Shown: positions 30,028-39,745 of the stretch, one piece after another
Numbering within the stretch: position 1 is the first letter of the stretch
Layout: each line of letters opens with the position of its first letter
IMG/VR virus record: IMGVR_UViG_3300034073_005193
Span: 62,001 to 120,839 of that record
DNA: 58,839 bases
DNA from: an uncultured virus (IMG/VR IMGVR_UViG_3300034073_005193)
Lineage: Duplodnaviria; Heunggongvirae; Uroviricota; Caudoviricetes
Strand: one strand, 5' to 3'
Made by a program: the position numbers and the translations under genes
Notes under the pieces: generated by a model
Told to the model about the DNA's origin: nothing
Database searches by the model: none
The model's input: the letters and a program-made list of their open reading frames with translations, nothing else

Positions 30028-30579
30028 ATGCCAATAGAAACATTAAATAACAAAGTTCATTTAAAAGTTATCAGAGATAACAAGGATAAAATTTGTCCGT
30101 TTGGATTTGATGTTCCTGTTGGATGTCAAAACGCTGGAGAATTAGTAAAAAATTTATCTTTGGCAACAGACTTGGATAAAGCCGAAGAAAATAAAAAATA
30201 TTTATTAAATTATGCCTCGGAAGAACCTGGCAGAAAATGTTTTTATGCTGACAAAATTTTAAAGAAAAACAATAAAGTTTTATGCACCTTTCCTGAACAG
30301 GAATCTGGCATAGAGATGCCTACAGGCTCTCCTTTATATTATAAACCAATGAGTGGTACCTTAATGAGCGGATTAATGACATTCCCCTTAGGTTATTATA
30401 ATGATAACGCTATAGATAGAGATTATTATTATGGATACTATTCAATAGAGAGTGTTAGTGACGATCACTCAAATCAAATAGAAAAAAATTCTATTAAAGA
30501 AGAATTTTATAATGGAATAAAGAAATTATCAAATGCATCCAAGATATATAAGCATTTAAAACAAAAAAACAATCAATAA
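30028..30579 (+). CDS. Cys-containing hypothetical protein
   Basis: CPFG..P.GC...CFYA...C; 183 aa. Confidence 0.75.
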   Translation: MPIETLNNKVHLKVIRDNKDKICPFGFDVPVGCQNAGELVKNLSLATDLDKAEENKKYLLNYASEEPGRKCFYADKILKKNNKVLCTFPEQESGIEMPTGSPLYYKPMSGTLMSGLMTFPLGYYNDNAIDRDYYYGYYSIESVSDDHSNQIEKNSIKEEFYNGIKKLSNASKIYKHLKQKNNQ

Positions 30580-30623
30580 TAAATAATATTTTAGGATACT
30601 AGTATTTAAAAAGGCTCAGAAAA

Positions 30624-31589
30624 ATGACTATTAAAATTGCTCAACAATACACAGCTGGTGGAAACTCCTATTTAGAGGGGGAGCGTATGACTCCAGAAGA
30701 ATTTTTAAAAGGTACTTCTATGAGTGACGTATCCGATCTTCGTGTAGAAATTGAGCTTTCTCCCGAAACAGAGATGGAAGAAGAGCTTATGGAACATAGC
30801 CCAAAAGTAGAGGGTGAAATTCATGTTTCAAGCGATGATGAAGATTTTGAATTTGATGAAAAGAAAGAATTTTCTTTTATTTTAGGTAAAGTTCCAGGGT
30901 CTGATTCTGAGGAGGAAATTGAAGAGCCTTCAGAATTACAAGTTTCCGAAGATGATGACAAAATTCAAATTGAAGATGATCCATGGAAATGGAAGCATGA
31001 AAAATTCTTACATTGGCTAGAAGATAAATTAAAAAATGTTCCAAAACACAATGGCAAAGATGTTTCTGGTTTAGAAAAAGCCATGGCTTATTTAGAACAT
31101 TTAGACAAAGAATGCTCTAAAGCAAGTAGAACTGATTTAAATAACGTGATTGATACTCCCAAGCTAGAAGATGCTCGTAAGCAAATTATTGATGGCATCG
31201 ATCGATTATTTGATAGATTGCAAAAAGTCAATGCCATTAGAGGTAAAAAAGGCAAAGGTATGAAAAAGAAAGCCTCTGAAGACAACTCAGAAGGCTTTGT
31301 AAAAGAAGCTAAATCAATTCATTTTGAAGTTAATGTACCATATTTTATTAGCTTATTAGCTAGGATTTGCATTAATGCTTCTGTTTCTGCTGGGCATGAT
31401 ATTGAAGAAGTTTTTATGGATTTAGCTAAAAAATATGAATTAACAAAACAGCAGAAATTAGAAGTAGTAACATTAATTGAAGATATGGGCTATGCTTCTG
31501 TTTGGAGAGATCGCTCTAAGATGCTAGATGAAGAAATTGATTTAACATCATCTGAAAACGGTGATTGGGCAGCTCAATATCCAGCTTGA
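30624..31589 (+). CDS. acidic hypothetical head-region protein
   Basis: Starts MTIKIAQ; contains KKKAS and FVKEA. Confidence 0.8.
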   Translation: MTIKIAQQYTAGGNSYLEGERMTPEEFLKGTSMSDVSDLRVEIELSPETEMEEELMEHSPKVEGEIHVSSDDEDFEFDEKKEFSFILGKVPGSDSEEEIEEPSELQVSEDDDKIQIEDDPWKWKHEKFLHWLEDKLKNVPKHNGKDVSGLEKAMAYLEHLDKECSKASRTDLNNVIDTPKLEDARKQIIDGIDRLFDRLQKVNAIRGKKGKGMKKKASEDNSEGFVKEAKSIHFEVNVPYFISLLARICINASVSAGHDIEEVFMDLAKKYELTKQQKLEVVTLIEDMGYASVWRDRSKMLDEEIDLTSSENGDWAAQYPA

Positions 31590-31596
31590 AGGTTTT

Positions 31597-32253
31597 ATGT
31601 CTCGTAATGGCGCTTTTATAAGAGATAGCTCTGGTTCTAGTTCTTCTTGGTTAGAAGAATTTGCTTCTGAATGGGAAAAGAAAGCAACTACTACAGCTGT
31701 AGATGAAGCTAGAAAAAGACAAGCTGAACTAGATTTCTATTCTCAAATTTCTTCTATTGTTGGCGGAAAAAGAAAACATGCTACCGTTGACTCTATAGTG
31801 CAAGAATATCAAGAATTAACTGGTTTAAAAAAATATTTACAAACTTTAGCTGAGCAAGATCCCAAATCTCAAGAAAAAATTAAAACAGCTCAATATAATT
31901 CAGAAAATAATTCTGAAAAAGTATTAATAAATGTAAATGAAGACATGTTGCCTTCCGACATGTCAGATACTCTTAAAGAACAAATTAAAACACTTATTAA
32001 TAATAAAATTGAAACTTATAATGGATTTATTTCAATTCCTGCAATTCAGGATGATTTATTAAAAAGCTTAAAGCACCAGGGAATAGAAGCTCATCAAGTT
32101 TATGATTCTAATATGGTAAAATTTATTGGTAATTGCTTGCGAGATTATCAAGAACATCACCCCAGACAAGATAATCATAACCCTCATTTAGGGGAAGCTA
32201 TTATAGAAATAGAAGATGATGGCAAATTCATGCCAACATTGCAAAAGAAATAA
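31597..32253 (+). CDS. hypothetical protein
   Basis: AAGG before ATG 31597; immediately upstream of terminase. Confidence 0.75.
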   Translation: MSRNGAFIRDSSGSSSSWLEEFASEWEKKATTTAVDEARKRQAELDFYSQISSIVGGKRKHATVDSIVQEYQELTGLKKYLQTLAEQDPKSQEKIKTAQYNSENNSEKVLINVNEDMLPSDMSDTLKEQIKTLINNKIETYNGFISIPAIQDDLLKSLKHQGIEAHQVYDSNMVKFIGNCLRDYQEHHPRQDNHNPHLGEAIIEIEDDGKFMPTLQKK

Positions 32254-32262
32254 TATTATTTA

Positions 32263-34131
32263 ATGAGCAAGAAAGAAAAAGATTTATTTTCAGAAATGAA
32301 AGAAAAGATCCTGGAAATGGATCCTGTCTATTGGTGTGAAAAATATTTGACCATTGATGGAAAGCCTTTAAAATTAAGAGATGGTTGGGAGCCATACATT
32401 GATATTTATAGATATGTTGGAATGAATGCCCTAAATAAAAAGGGTAAAAAAGTTATATTTTTAAAGGGTCGTCAAGTCGGTGGAACCATGGCGGCTTTAT
32501 TTATTGAATTATTTTTATTAGCCTCTGGTCAATATGGAACGAAAACTAAGCCGCCAATTAGAATCATGCATTGCTTTCCTCAGTTGGAGATGGCGAGAAG
32601 ATTTTCTGTTACTAAGTTTGATACAGTGGTTAATACATCTAAACTTGTAGACTCTCCCAAAGATAAAATAAAAAAAGTTCCATATATTGAAACTCGCTTG
32701 ATGCCAGACGCTGATTCTCAGCAGTTAAAATATTTTCAAGGAGGAAACCATATTTTTATTGAATCTACAGGCTTAACTGGCGATCGGTTGCGTGGTATTA
32801 CAGCCGATATTTTTCTTGGAGATGAAATTCAGGATATGAGAACATCAGCCATTGAAAATGCTACAAAAAGCTTAACACAAGCCCAATACGGAGCTACTGG
32901 TGATGGAGTTCAATTTTATTTTGGAACACCCAAGAAAAAAGGCTCTGATTTTAATAAAAGATGGGCTGTGTCAAACCAACAGTTTTATCATTTAGGCTGT
33001 GAAAAATGCGAAAAAGATTTTCCATTATACACCCCCGGAAGTGATGATTGGGAAAAAATTTGGATCGAAGATTCTCTTCCGGAGTCTCATCCTAGTCACG
33101 GATTTATTGTAAAATGCGTTCATTGTGAGCATGAACAAGATAAAAGATTTGCTGCTAAACGTGGAAAGTGGGTGGCGTACAATACAGATCCAAAAGTTCA
33201 ATATATTGGTTTTCATTTAAATCAATTATATATTCCAAATTTTCCCAGATGGAAAGTTATTGGAGAAAAGCCTGAAAATCACCCAGTTAATACTGAAAGA
33301 GCTTATAGAAATGAAATTCTAGGAGAATTTTATTCTGGAACTAGCCAGCCAATTACCACGGATGAAATCGATCATGTTTGTGGAGAGCAGACAATGATGA
33401 TGGCTTCTAGGCTGTCTTCTAGCCCTGACAGAAAGATTGTTATTGGATTTGATTGGGGTCAAAAAGTAGAAGATTCCGGTTCTGGAGACGAAGAATCTTC
33501 TGGCGGTAAGTCGTATAGCGTTGCGATCGTTTTAGTTCAAGAAGGTCCAAAATTATTTAGAATTGCTTGGGCTGAAAGATTTATGAAAAACGATTTAGAT
33601 TATAAAGTAGAGCGAGCAGAGCAATTATTCAGAAGATACAACCCTGATTTGGCATTAGGTGATATTGGCTTCGGATATGAAATATGTAAAATATTACAAA
33701 AAAAATATAGTCATAAATTTTTAGCAGCTAGCGGATTGCATAATGTTAGCGGCAAATACAGATTAAAAGAAGAAGATAATTTAAATACAATTATCTTTGA
33801 AAAAGATTATGTTTTAGAACAAATTTTTGAAAAGTTCAAACGTGGAGAAATTAAATTTCCATACAAAGATTATGAGAAAATAGCATGGTTAGTTGAACAT
33901 TGCGCTAGCATGGATACAAAGATAACCTACGATCGCAGTGGCGAACCAATGACCAAATATGTTAAAGGTCATATTCCAAACGACGGTTTGATGGGATTAG
34001 TATATGCTTACGTTGGGGCTTTATCATTAGCCAGCAATAATTTCAAGATTAAAAATCCAGAAAATTATAAGGAAGCTGGCGTAAGTAAAGACCCCCCTAT
34101 TGCGCTTGGTTATTTTCCCAAGTGGCGCTGA
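32263..34131 (+). CDS. terL: terminase large subunit (GpA-like)
   Basis: Walker A KGRQVGGT, LRG, Walker B FLGDEIQD, GTPK, CxxC pairs, EILGEFY, nuclease IGFDWG and PND. Confidence 0.9.
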   Translation: MSKKEKDLFSEMKEKILEMDPVYWCEKYLTIDGKPLKLRDGWEPYIDIYRYVGMNALNKKGKKVIFLKGRQVGGTMAALFIELFLLASGQYGTKTKPPIRIMHCFPQLEMARRFSVTKFDTVVNTSKLVDSPKDKIKKVPYIETRLMPDADSQQLKYFQGGNHIFIESTGLTGDRLRGITADIFLGDEIQDMRTSAIENATKSLTQAQYGATGDGVQFYFGTPKKKGSDFNKRWAVSNQQFYHLGCEKCEKDFPLYTPGSDDWEKIWIEDSLPESHPSHGFIVKCVHCEHEQDKRFAAKRGKWVAYNTDPKVQYIGFHLNQLYIPNFPRWKVIGEKPENHPVNTERAYRNEILGEFYSGTSQPITTDEIDHVCGEQTMMMASRLSSSPDRKIVIGFDWGQKVEDSGSGDEESSGGKSYSVAIVLVQEGPKLFRIAWAERFMKNDLDYKVERAEQLFRRYNPDLALGDIGFGYEICKILQKKYSHKFLAASGLHNVSGKYRLKEEDNLNTIIFEKDYVLEQIFEKFKRGEIKFPYKDYEKIAWLVEHCASMDTKITYDRSGEPMTKYVKGHIPNDGLMGLVYAYVGALSLASNNFKIKNPENYKEAGVSKDPPIALGYFPKWR

Positions 34132-34135
34132 TATA

Positions 34136-35443
34136 TTAAAGCAATTTAATTGCCTCATTAGCGAGTTCGGATCTTTCTCCTTTGACTAGAGAAATGTGTC
34201 CTGCCAATTTAGATTCTTTAAATGCTTCTACTATTTTGCTAATGGTATTATTCATGGCATCTAAATTATTAACGTCTATTTGTTCAATATCTCCAGTACA
34301 AACAATTTTGCTACCAGTTCCAAGTCTAGTTAGCAATGTTTTGGCTGCATTAGATGGTAAGTTTTGAGCCTCATCGATAATAATTAATGCGTTGGCTAAA
34401 CTTCTTCCACGAGCATAAGCTAAAACATCTAGCTCTATTTTATCCTTTTTAATAAAATATTCTAAATTATCTCTCCAAGTTAAAGAATTCTTTTTATCTT
34501 TTCCACCGCTATTGCTTGCTAATAGTGCTTCAAAAGAATCAAATATGGCTTGGAAATATGGTTCCATCTTTTCATATTTATTGCCTGGCATATAACCCAA
34601 GTCTTTACCAATGGTCTCTACAGGGCGATAAATAATTAATTTATCATATTTTTGTTTTTCTAAAACCAATTCTAAAGCCGAGGCAAGGGTGAGCAATGTT
34701 TTACCAGATCCTGCTTGCCCCATTACTGTTACTAGTGGGATACTGCTATCCATTAATAAATCTAATAAGCAAGTTTGTTCGTTGCTTCTGGGATTTATTC
34801 CCCAAGCACTTTGTTTTTTTACTAATTTCACCTTATCATCAGATACTTTTCGTGCAAGCGCTAATTCATAGCCACTATCATCAATGAATAAGGCAAATTG
34901 ATGCGGTAATAGTTTAATATTATAGCATTTTGGATTAAAAAAGCTATTTTCCATTAAATCCTGATAGGCATCTGGATGATTTATTTCTGTAATTCCTGAA
35001 TAAAATTCATTAGTTTTTGTTAATTTATCTTCATATTCTTCTGCTTGAATTCCTAAAGCTTTTGCTCTAATTCTTAAGTTAATATCTTTAGATAAAAGAG
35101 TGGGTATGCTTTTACCTTTTTTATATTTTAATGCGCAGGCTAATATTTTATTATCACCGTAAGATGGATCTTTTCCAATAACATCTTGATCTAAAACATC
35201 AACTTTTAAAATTGATTTAGAAGGAAGAGTAATGCCATCAGCTAAATTTTCATTTTCAGAAAGTTTATCTATTTTTTTAATGAGCATTCTGGCATTTTTG
35301 CCGATCTCATCTCTATATGATTTTAGCTTATCTAATTCTTCTAATACTGTAATCGGCAAAACTAATATCGAATTTTTAATTTCAGTTAAACATCCGGGAA
35401 AGTTGACAAGGATAGAGGTATCTAGTATATATGTTTTTTTCAT
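34136..35443 (-). CDS. phoH: PIN domain + PhoH ATPase protein
   Basis: N-terminal PIN (ILDTS, EELD, D..IL, SKD.NLR); GQAGSGKT, LGYMPG, RGRSL, IDEAQN, TGD.EQID, ERSELA. Confidence 0.95.
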   Translation of the reverse strand: MKKTYILDTSILVNFPGCLTEIKNSILVLPITVLEELDKLKSYRDEIGKNARMLIKKIDKLSENENLADGITLPSKSILKVDVLDQDVIGKDPSYGDNKILACALKYKKGKSIPTLLSKDINLRIRAKALGIQAEEYEDKLTKTNEFYSGITEINHPDAYQDLMENSFFNPKCYNIKLLPHQFALFIDDSGYELALARKVSDDKVKLVKKQSAWGINPRSNEQTCLLDLLMDSSIPLVTVMGQAGSGKTLLTLASALELVLEKQKYDKLIIYRPVETIGKDLGYMPGNKYEKMEPYFQAIFDSFEALLASNSGGKDKKNSLTWRDNLEYFIKKDKIELDVLAYARGRSLANALIIIDEAQNLPSNAAKTLLTRLGTGSKIVCTGDIEQIDVNNLDAMNNTISKIVEAFKESKLAGHISLVKGERSELANEAIKLL

Positions 35444-35595
35444 TTATCTTTTAGCCGTTTTGAGAGTTAAAATTCCAGATTTAAAAAGACTATTATTATA
35501 GTATTTTTATTAGATGATCTGTAACTCCTTTTAGGTTATAGGTAGATTTAACAGCTCTTAACATTATATATAAATATTATCAGGAAGGCTTCAGA

Positions 35596-37350
35596 ATGAT
35601 TGAATTTAAGAATGGCAGTTTTGTCCCCAGACAAGATTTAAAGCCTTATATCACTAATAACATGGCGAGAAGTGTTTCGCAATACCGCCGAGCTGCACTT
35701 GAAGAAGAATTAAATAAAGGATTGTTTTCTGAAAAAGGTGCAACAAAATCCACTGATATAAATTCAAATTCTTATTTAAGTGGAATATCTACGGGCTTTT
35801 CAAAAAAAGCCTCTAATTATGATTCTTCATCTGTTGGCGGTGCAGGGGCAAACTGGAGAGGTAGCGGAGGAGTTCTTCATCAAGTTAGCGAAGTTTATTC
35901 ACCATTATGGCTATATAGCAACCTAAGTCTTCCAAGAGATCGCGCAACTATTAATGCTTGGAGCCGTGCGTTCTTTGCTTTAAATCCATTCGTTCATAAT
36001 GCTTGTACCTTGCATTCTACTTATCCTGTTGCAAAATTAAGTATTAAATGTAAAAATCCAAAAGTAGAAAAATTCTTTGCAGAAATGATTGAAGAAATAA
36101 ATTTAATGGATATGATTGTGCAGATTGCTCAAGAATATTGGATTTTAGGAGAGGCAATTGTATACGCAGAATTAGATAAAGATAAGGGAAAGTGGAGCAG
36201 ATTAATCATTCAAAATCCTGATTATGTGGTCATACAAAATTCTTTAGGAGGAGATCCAGTAATTAGTTTACGACCAGATGAACTTTTAAAGAAAATTGTA
36301 AATGGCAATTCGCCAGCAGAGGTGATGCAAAGGTCAAAATTAGATCCAGCTATAGTAGACCGAGTAAGAAAAGGAGAAAATATTCCTTTAGATAATTTTA
36401 ATTGTTCTCATTTAGCAAGAAGAATTTCCCCTTATGAAGTTAGGGGTACTGGATTAATTGTTCCTGCCTTTAAGGCATTAATGTTATTTGATCAATTTAG
36501 AGAGGCTAAATACACTCAAGCAGTATCAATGGTTAATCCATTAACTTTGGTTAAAATTGGAAGTGCAGAATTTAAACCTTCTCCAGAAGATATTGCTTCT
36601 TACAGAGATATTTGGGAAGCTGCCGAGGCGGATAGAAATTTTAAAATTTTTACTCACCAAGATGTTGCAGTGGAAAAAATAGGAAGCAACAGTGGAATTC
36701 TAGATGATTCTGGGGTTGTCACACAACTAGTAAAAGAAATATTTACTGCATTAATGGTTCCTTCTGTTATTATGGACGGCGGAAGTGATACTACTTATGC
36801 AAACGGATCGGTTGGATTGGATGTCTTGCGTCAAAGATATATGCAATTTAGAAACATGTTAACTAATTGGTTGAGAAGAAAGATTTTTGCTCCTATTAGT
36901 ATTATCAATGATTTTTATGATTATGAAAATGAAGAAAAGAAATTAATTGTTCCAGAAATTGACTGGAACCATATGAGTATGTTTGACATGGGTGATTACA
37001 TTCAAAATCTAATGAATATGACACAAGATCCAAACACTAAAAAAGCTAGTTATCAGACTTTGTATCGATCTTTAGGGCTGGACTATGAAGATGAGCAAAG
37101 AAGAATTCGTCAAGAGGCAATATCTGATGCAATTTTAGCAAAAGAAAAAGTTTCATTAGAAAAAATGTCTTTAAATGAACTGCGGGCTCTTGGACCATCT
37201 GATGAAATTCCAGAAGTTCCAGAAAATCCATTACCAGGAGAAGACCCCACTACTGGTGGTGGTGGCGCAGCTCCAGGTGGAGAGCCCCCACCAGGGGAAT
37301 TGCCTGGAGTTCCACCACCACCAGCACCTCCAGAAGCTCCTCCAGGATGA
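35596..37350 (+). CDS. portal protein
   Basis: Near TerL; NPFV..AC..., EYWILGEA, IQNPD, HLAR..PY..RG, PLTLVKIG; Pro-rich tail. Confidence 0.8.
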   Translation: MIEFKNGSFVPRQDLKPYITNNMARSVSQYRRAALEEELNKGLFSEKGATKSTDINSNSYLSGISTGFSKKASNYDSSSVGGAGANWRGSGGVLHQVSEVYSPLWLYSNLSLPRDRATINAWSRAFFALNPFVHNACTLHSTYPVAKLSIKCKNPKVEKFFAEMIEEINLMDMIVQIAQEYWILGEAIVYAELDKDKGKWSRLIIQNPDYVVIQNSLGGDPVISLRPDELLKKIVNGNSPAEVMQRSKLDPAIVDRVRKGENIPLDNFNCSHLARRISPYEVRGTGLIVPAFKALMLFDQFREAKYTQAVSMVNPLTLVKIGSAEFKPSPEDIASYRDIWEAAEADRNFKIFTHQDVAVEKIGSNSGILDDSGVVTQLVKEIFTALMVPSVIMDGGSDTTYANGSVGLDVLRQRYMQFRNMLTNWLRRKIFAPISIINDFYDYENEEKKLIVPEIDWNHMSMFDMGDYIQNLMNMTQDPNTKKASYQTLYRSLGLDYEDEQRRIRQEAISDAILAKEKVSLEKMSLNELRALGPSDEIPEVPENPLPGEDPTTGGGGAAPGGEPPPGELPGVPPPPAPPEAPPG

Positions 37351-37408
37351 TGGAATAAATTGATATAGATGGTAGTTAATATTTTATTTTTTAATAATTT
37401 AGGATGAA

Positions 37409-39745
37409 ATGATGAATGATGATATCATTATTGTAACTGCAGCTGGCGCCGGAACTTGGCTTAGAGAAAGATTTACTCCTAAAGGCATTCAGCGCTGGTT
37501 AACAGAATCGGCAGTATCCGAATACGCTCATAAAATGGACATTTTACGAGAAGTAGATGACCGCATTTATGAATGGGCAAAAGATCTTTCTGTATATATT
37601 GATCTTATGGAAAAAGCTTATGAATCAAATAGGCTTGCAGATCTTGCGTCTTTAGGCGTTTCTATTAAAAGAACATTAAAAGGAATTTCTTCAGAGATTT
37701 CTAAAGTTGAAAAATTAGTTGGAATTTCAGAAGAATCTGAAAAAGAATTTCTAAGACAGCGGCAACCAGAAATTCCATTTACTACCAAGTTAAAAACTAG
37801 ATTTTATGAACCCACAGATAGATTCGATCTGTCTAGGGAAGAAATTGCTAGAGAGATGCAAAACAGAGCATCTTCAAAAGAAGATCAGTTATTAAAAGAG
37901 GCTGGTGTTTTTGATTTTCTAGATGATTGGACTCGTTCCTGGGTAGCTAAAAAATTAAGAACAGAAAAAGGAAAGCAAAGAGATCGTGCATTAAAATCTT
38001 TTTTTAGAACTTCTAAACTTATAATAAATAACTTAAAAAGAGTTACTGATAATTTACATAAGTTAAGAGCCCAGGGAGAAATTGGATCTTATCTTGATTC
38101 TTTAAAGAAAGTTGAAAGACTTCAAAAAGATTTTCTATATGGTAGCGGAAAAGAATCTTCGGATAAAACCGAAGAGGGATTTTATTATGTTTATGACACG
38201 TATCTTAAAGACATTATAGAAGATTCAATAAGCGCCCCAACAGGCGGTTCAGGACCGGCTGCCGGTCCTGCTCCTGGGTCTTCTCCCAGCCCTGCTCTTG
38301 GTCCTGGTCCTACTCCTCCAGCTCTTGTTCCTGGACCCGCTAGCATTGTTTCCCAACCTACTAATCCTATTACTAGCCCAGGCTCACCTGGAACTTTATC
38401 TCCGCCGCCTGTGGATCTTGGAACTTTAGGTTTATCACAATCAGGTGAGAGGGTGCCTGCGGTAAGTGTTACGATTGAGCAAGACGAAGCTCAAAGAGCA
38501 GGCAATGATGCACTTCAAGAAATTCAAGATGTTCATAGAGCCCTTGAATCTGGTGATTCAGAAAAAGCTCAAGAAGAACTTCAGGAATTAACTACCGCAG
38601 TTCAAAGAACTTCTATTGAGGCTTTTCAAGCCGGCTCTGCGGTAGGAGAAAATGTCGGTTCTCCTGAACCTGCTGCGAAGGCTAAGGCAAAATCTGAAAA
38701 AAAAGTCAAAAAAACAACAGAACAACCAACTTCAGCTGCAGTCCCCGCTGGAACTCAAGCTACCGGTGAAACTCCAGAAGAGAGAGACGCTCGACTCAAG
38801 AGTCTAATACTAGCACGTTTGAAATCATTTCGTGAAAATGAGGAAAGTGCGCCTCTTGCGTCGTCAACACCTACCGAGACTGAAGTTACCGAAACTGCTA
38901 CTGGGTCTGCTGCTGAATCTTCTGCTGCTACTGAATCAGCAAAAGAGTCCAAGTCCCCAGCTTCTGCCACTGAAACAGCTGCTGCCGAAGGTGGCAAAAC
39001 ATTAATAATAAATCCGCCATTCAAAGCACCAGGAGAAGGAAAAACTGCTACCGCTAAAAAAGCGATAACCGCTGCCGAACTTGTTCTTCAAATAAATTTG
39101 TCGGACATAAGCGCAGCTGATCTTCAAGGTCATAAAGATTATTTACTTGAATTAGGAAGCGCTTTAAATAGTTCATATGACAACATTCTACCGGGACAAT
39201 TTACTAACTCCATTAGGTCCAAATTACAAAAATTATATAATTTAATTCAAGAAAGAAGCAGCGATCTTGAAAAGATTTTGGCACCCGAAGAGTCTTCGGC
39301 TCCAGCCTCCACCGCTGAGCCCGCCGCTGTCGAAGGCGAGGCGGCGCCAATAAATCCGTCAATCGGAACAGAACCAGATGGACCGATAAAAGCTGCCGAA
39401 CTTGTTCTTAAAACAAATTTATCGGACATTGGTGCAGCTGATCGTCAAAGTCATAAAAATTATTTATTTGAACTAGAGGGCAAATTAAAAAAACCAATTC
39501 CTGGAGTAGAACGCAAACAGCAATTAGATTTATTTAATAAAATTAAATCAAGAAGATCAACTCTTGTAACGCTTTTAGCATCGGCGAGTTCAAAAGATTT
39601 CAATTTTTTAACAAAACTTGCCAGTGCCTCTAATAAATATCAGGCTGCTCAATATTTGTTAAGCTATTCTCAGCAATTAGAAGATATTGATTTGAATAAA
39701 AGCCTTAAACTTTTAGCTCTTGCCGAGGGATTGTTAGATGATTGA
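37409..39745 (+). CDS. hypothetical head-region protein with P/A/T/E-rich linkers and internal repeat
   Basis: 778 aa; duplicated AAELVL..NLSDI.AAD.Q.HK.YL.EL. Confidence 0.8.
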   Translation: MMNDDIIIVTAAGAGTWLRERFTPKGIQRWLTESAVSEYAHKMDILREVDDRIYEWAKDLSVYIDLMEKAYESNRLADLASLGVSIKRTLKGISSEISKVEKLVGISEESEKEFLRQRQPEIPFTTKLKTRFYEPTDRFDLSREEIAREMQNRASSKEDQLLKEAGVFDFLDDWTRSWVAKKLRTEKGKQRDRALKSFFRTSKLIINNLKRVTDNLHKLRAQGEIGSYLDSLKKVERLQKDFLYGSGKESSDKTEEGFYYVYDTYLKDIIEDSISAPTGGSGPAAGPAPGSSPSPALGPGPTPPALVPGPASIVSQPTNPITSPGSPGTLSPPPVDLGTLGLSQSGERVPAVSVTIEQDEAQRAGNDALQEIQDVHRALESGDSEKAQEELQELTTAVQRTSIEAFQAGSAVGENVGSPEPAAKAKAKSEKKVKKTTEQPTSAAVPAGTQATGETPEERDARLKSLILARLKSFRENEESAPLASSTPTETEVTETATGSAAESSAATESAKESKSPASATETAAAEGGKTLIINPPFKAPGEGKTATAKKAITAAELVLQINLSDISAADLQGHKDYLLELGSALNSSYDNILPGQFTNSIRSKLQKLYNLIQERSSDLEKILAPEESSAPASTAEPAAVEGEAAPINPSIGTEPDGPIKAAELVLKTNLSDIGAADRQSHKNYLFELEGKLKKPIPGVERKQQLDLFNKIKSRRSTLVTLLASASSKDFNFLTKLASASNKYQAAQYLLSYSQQLEDIDLNKSLKLLALAEGLLDD
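39071..39476 (+). repeat. intragenic direct repeat (~85 bp, two copies 321 bp apart)
   Basis: 39071-39155 and 39392-39476 both start gctgccgaacttgttctt. Confidence 0.85.

Noticed and set aside
34182..35501. Short + strand ORFs between terminase and portal
   Set aside because: They lie antisense within the well-supported PIN-PhoH gene.
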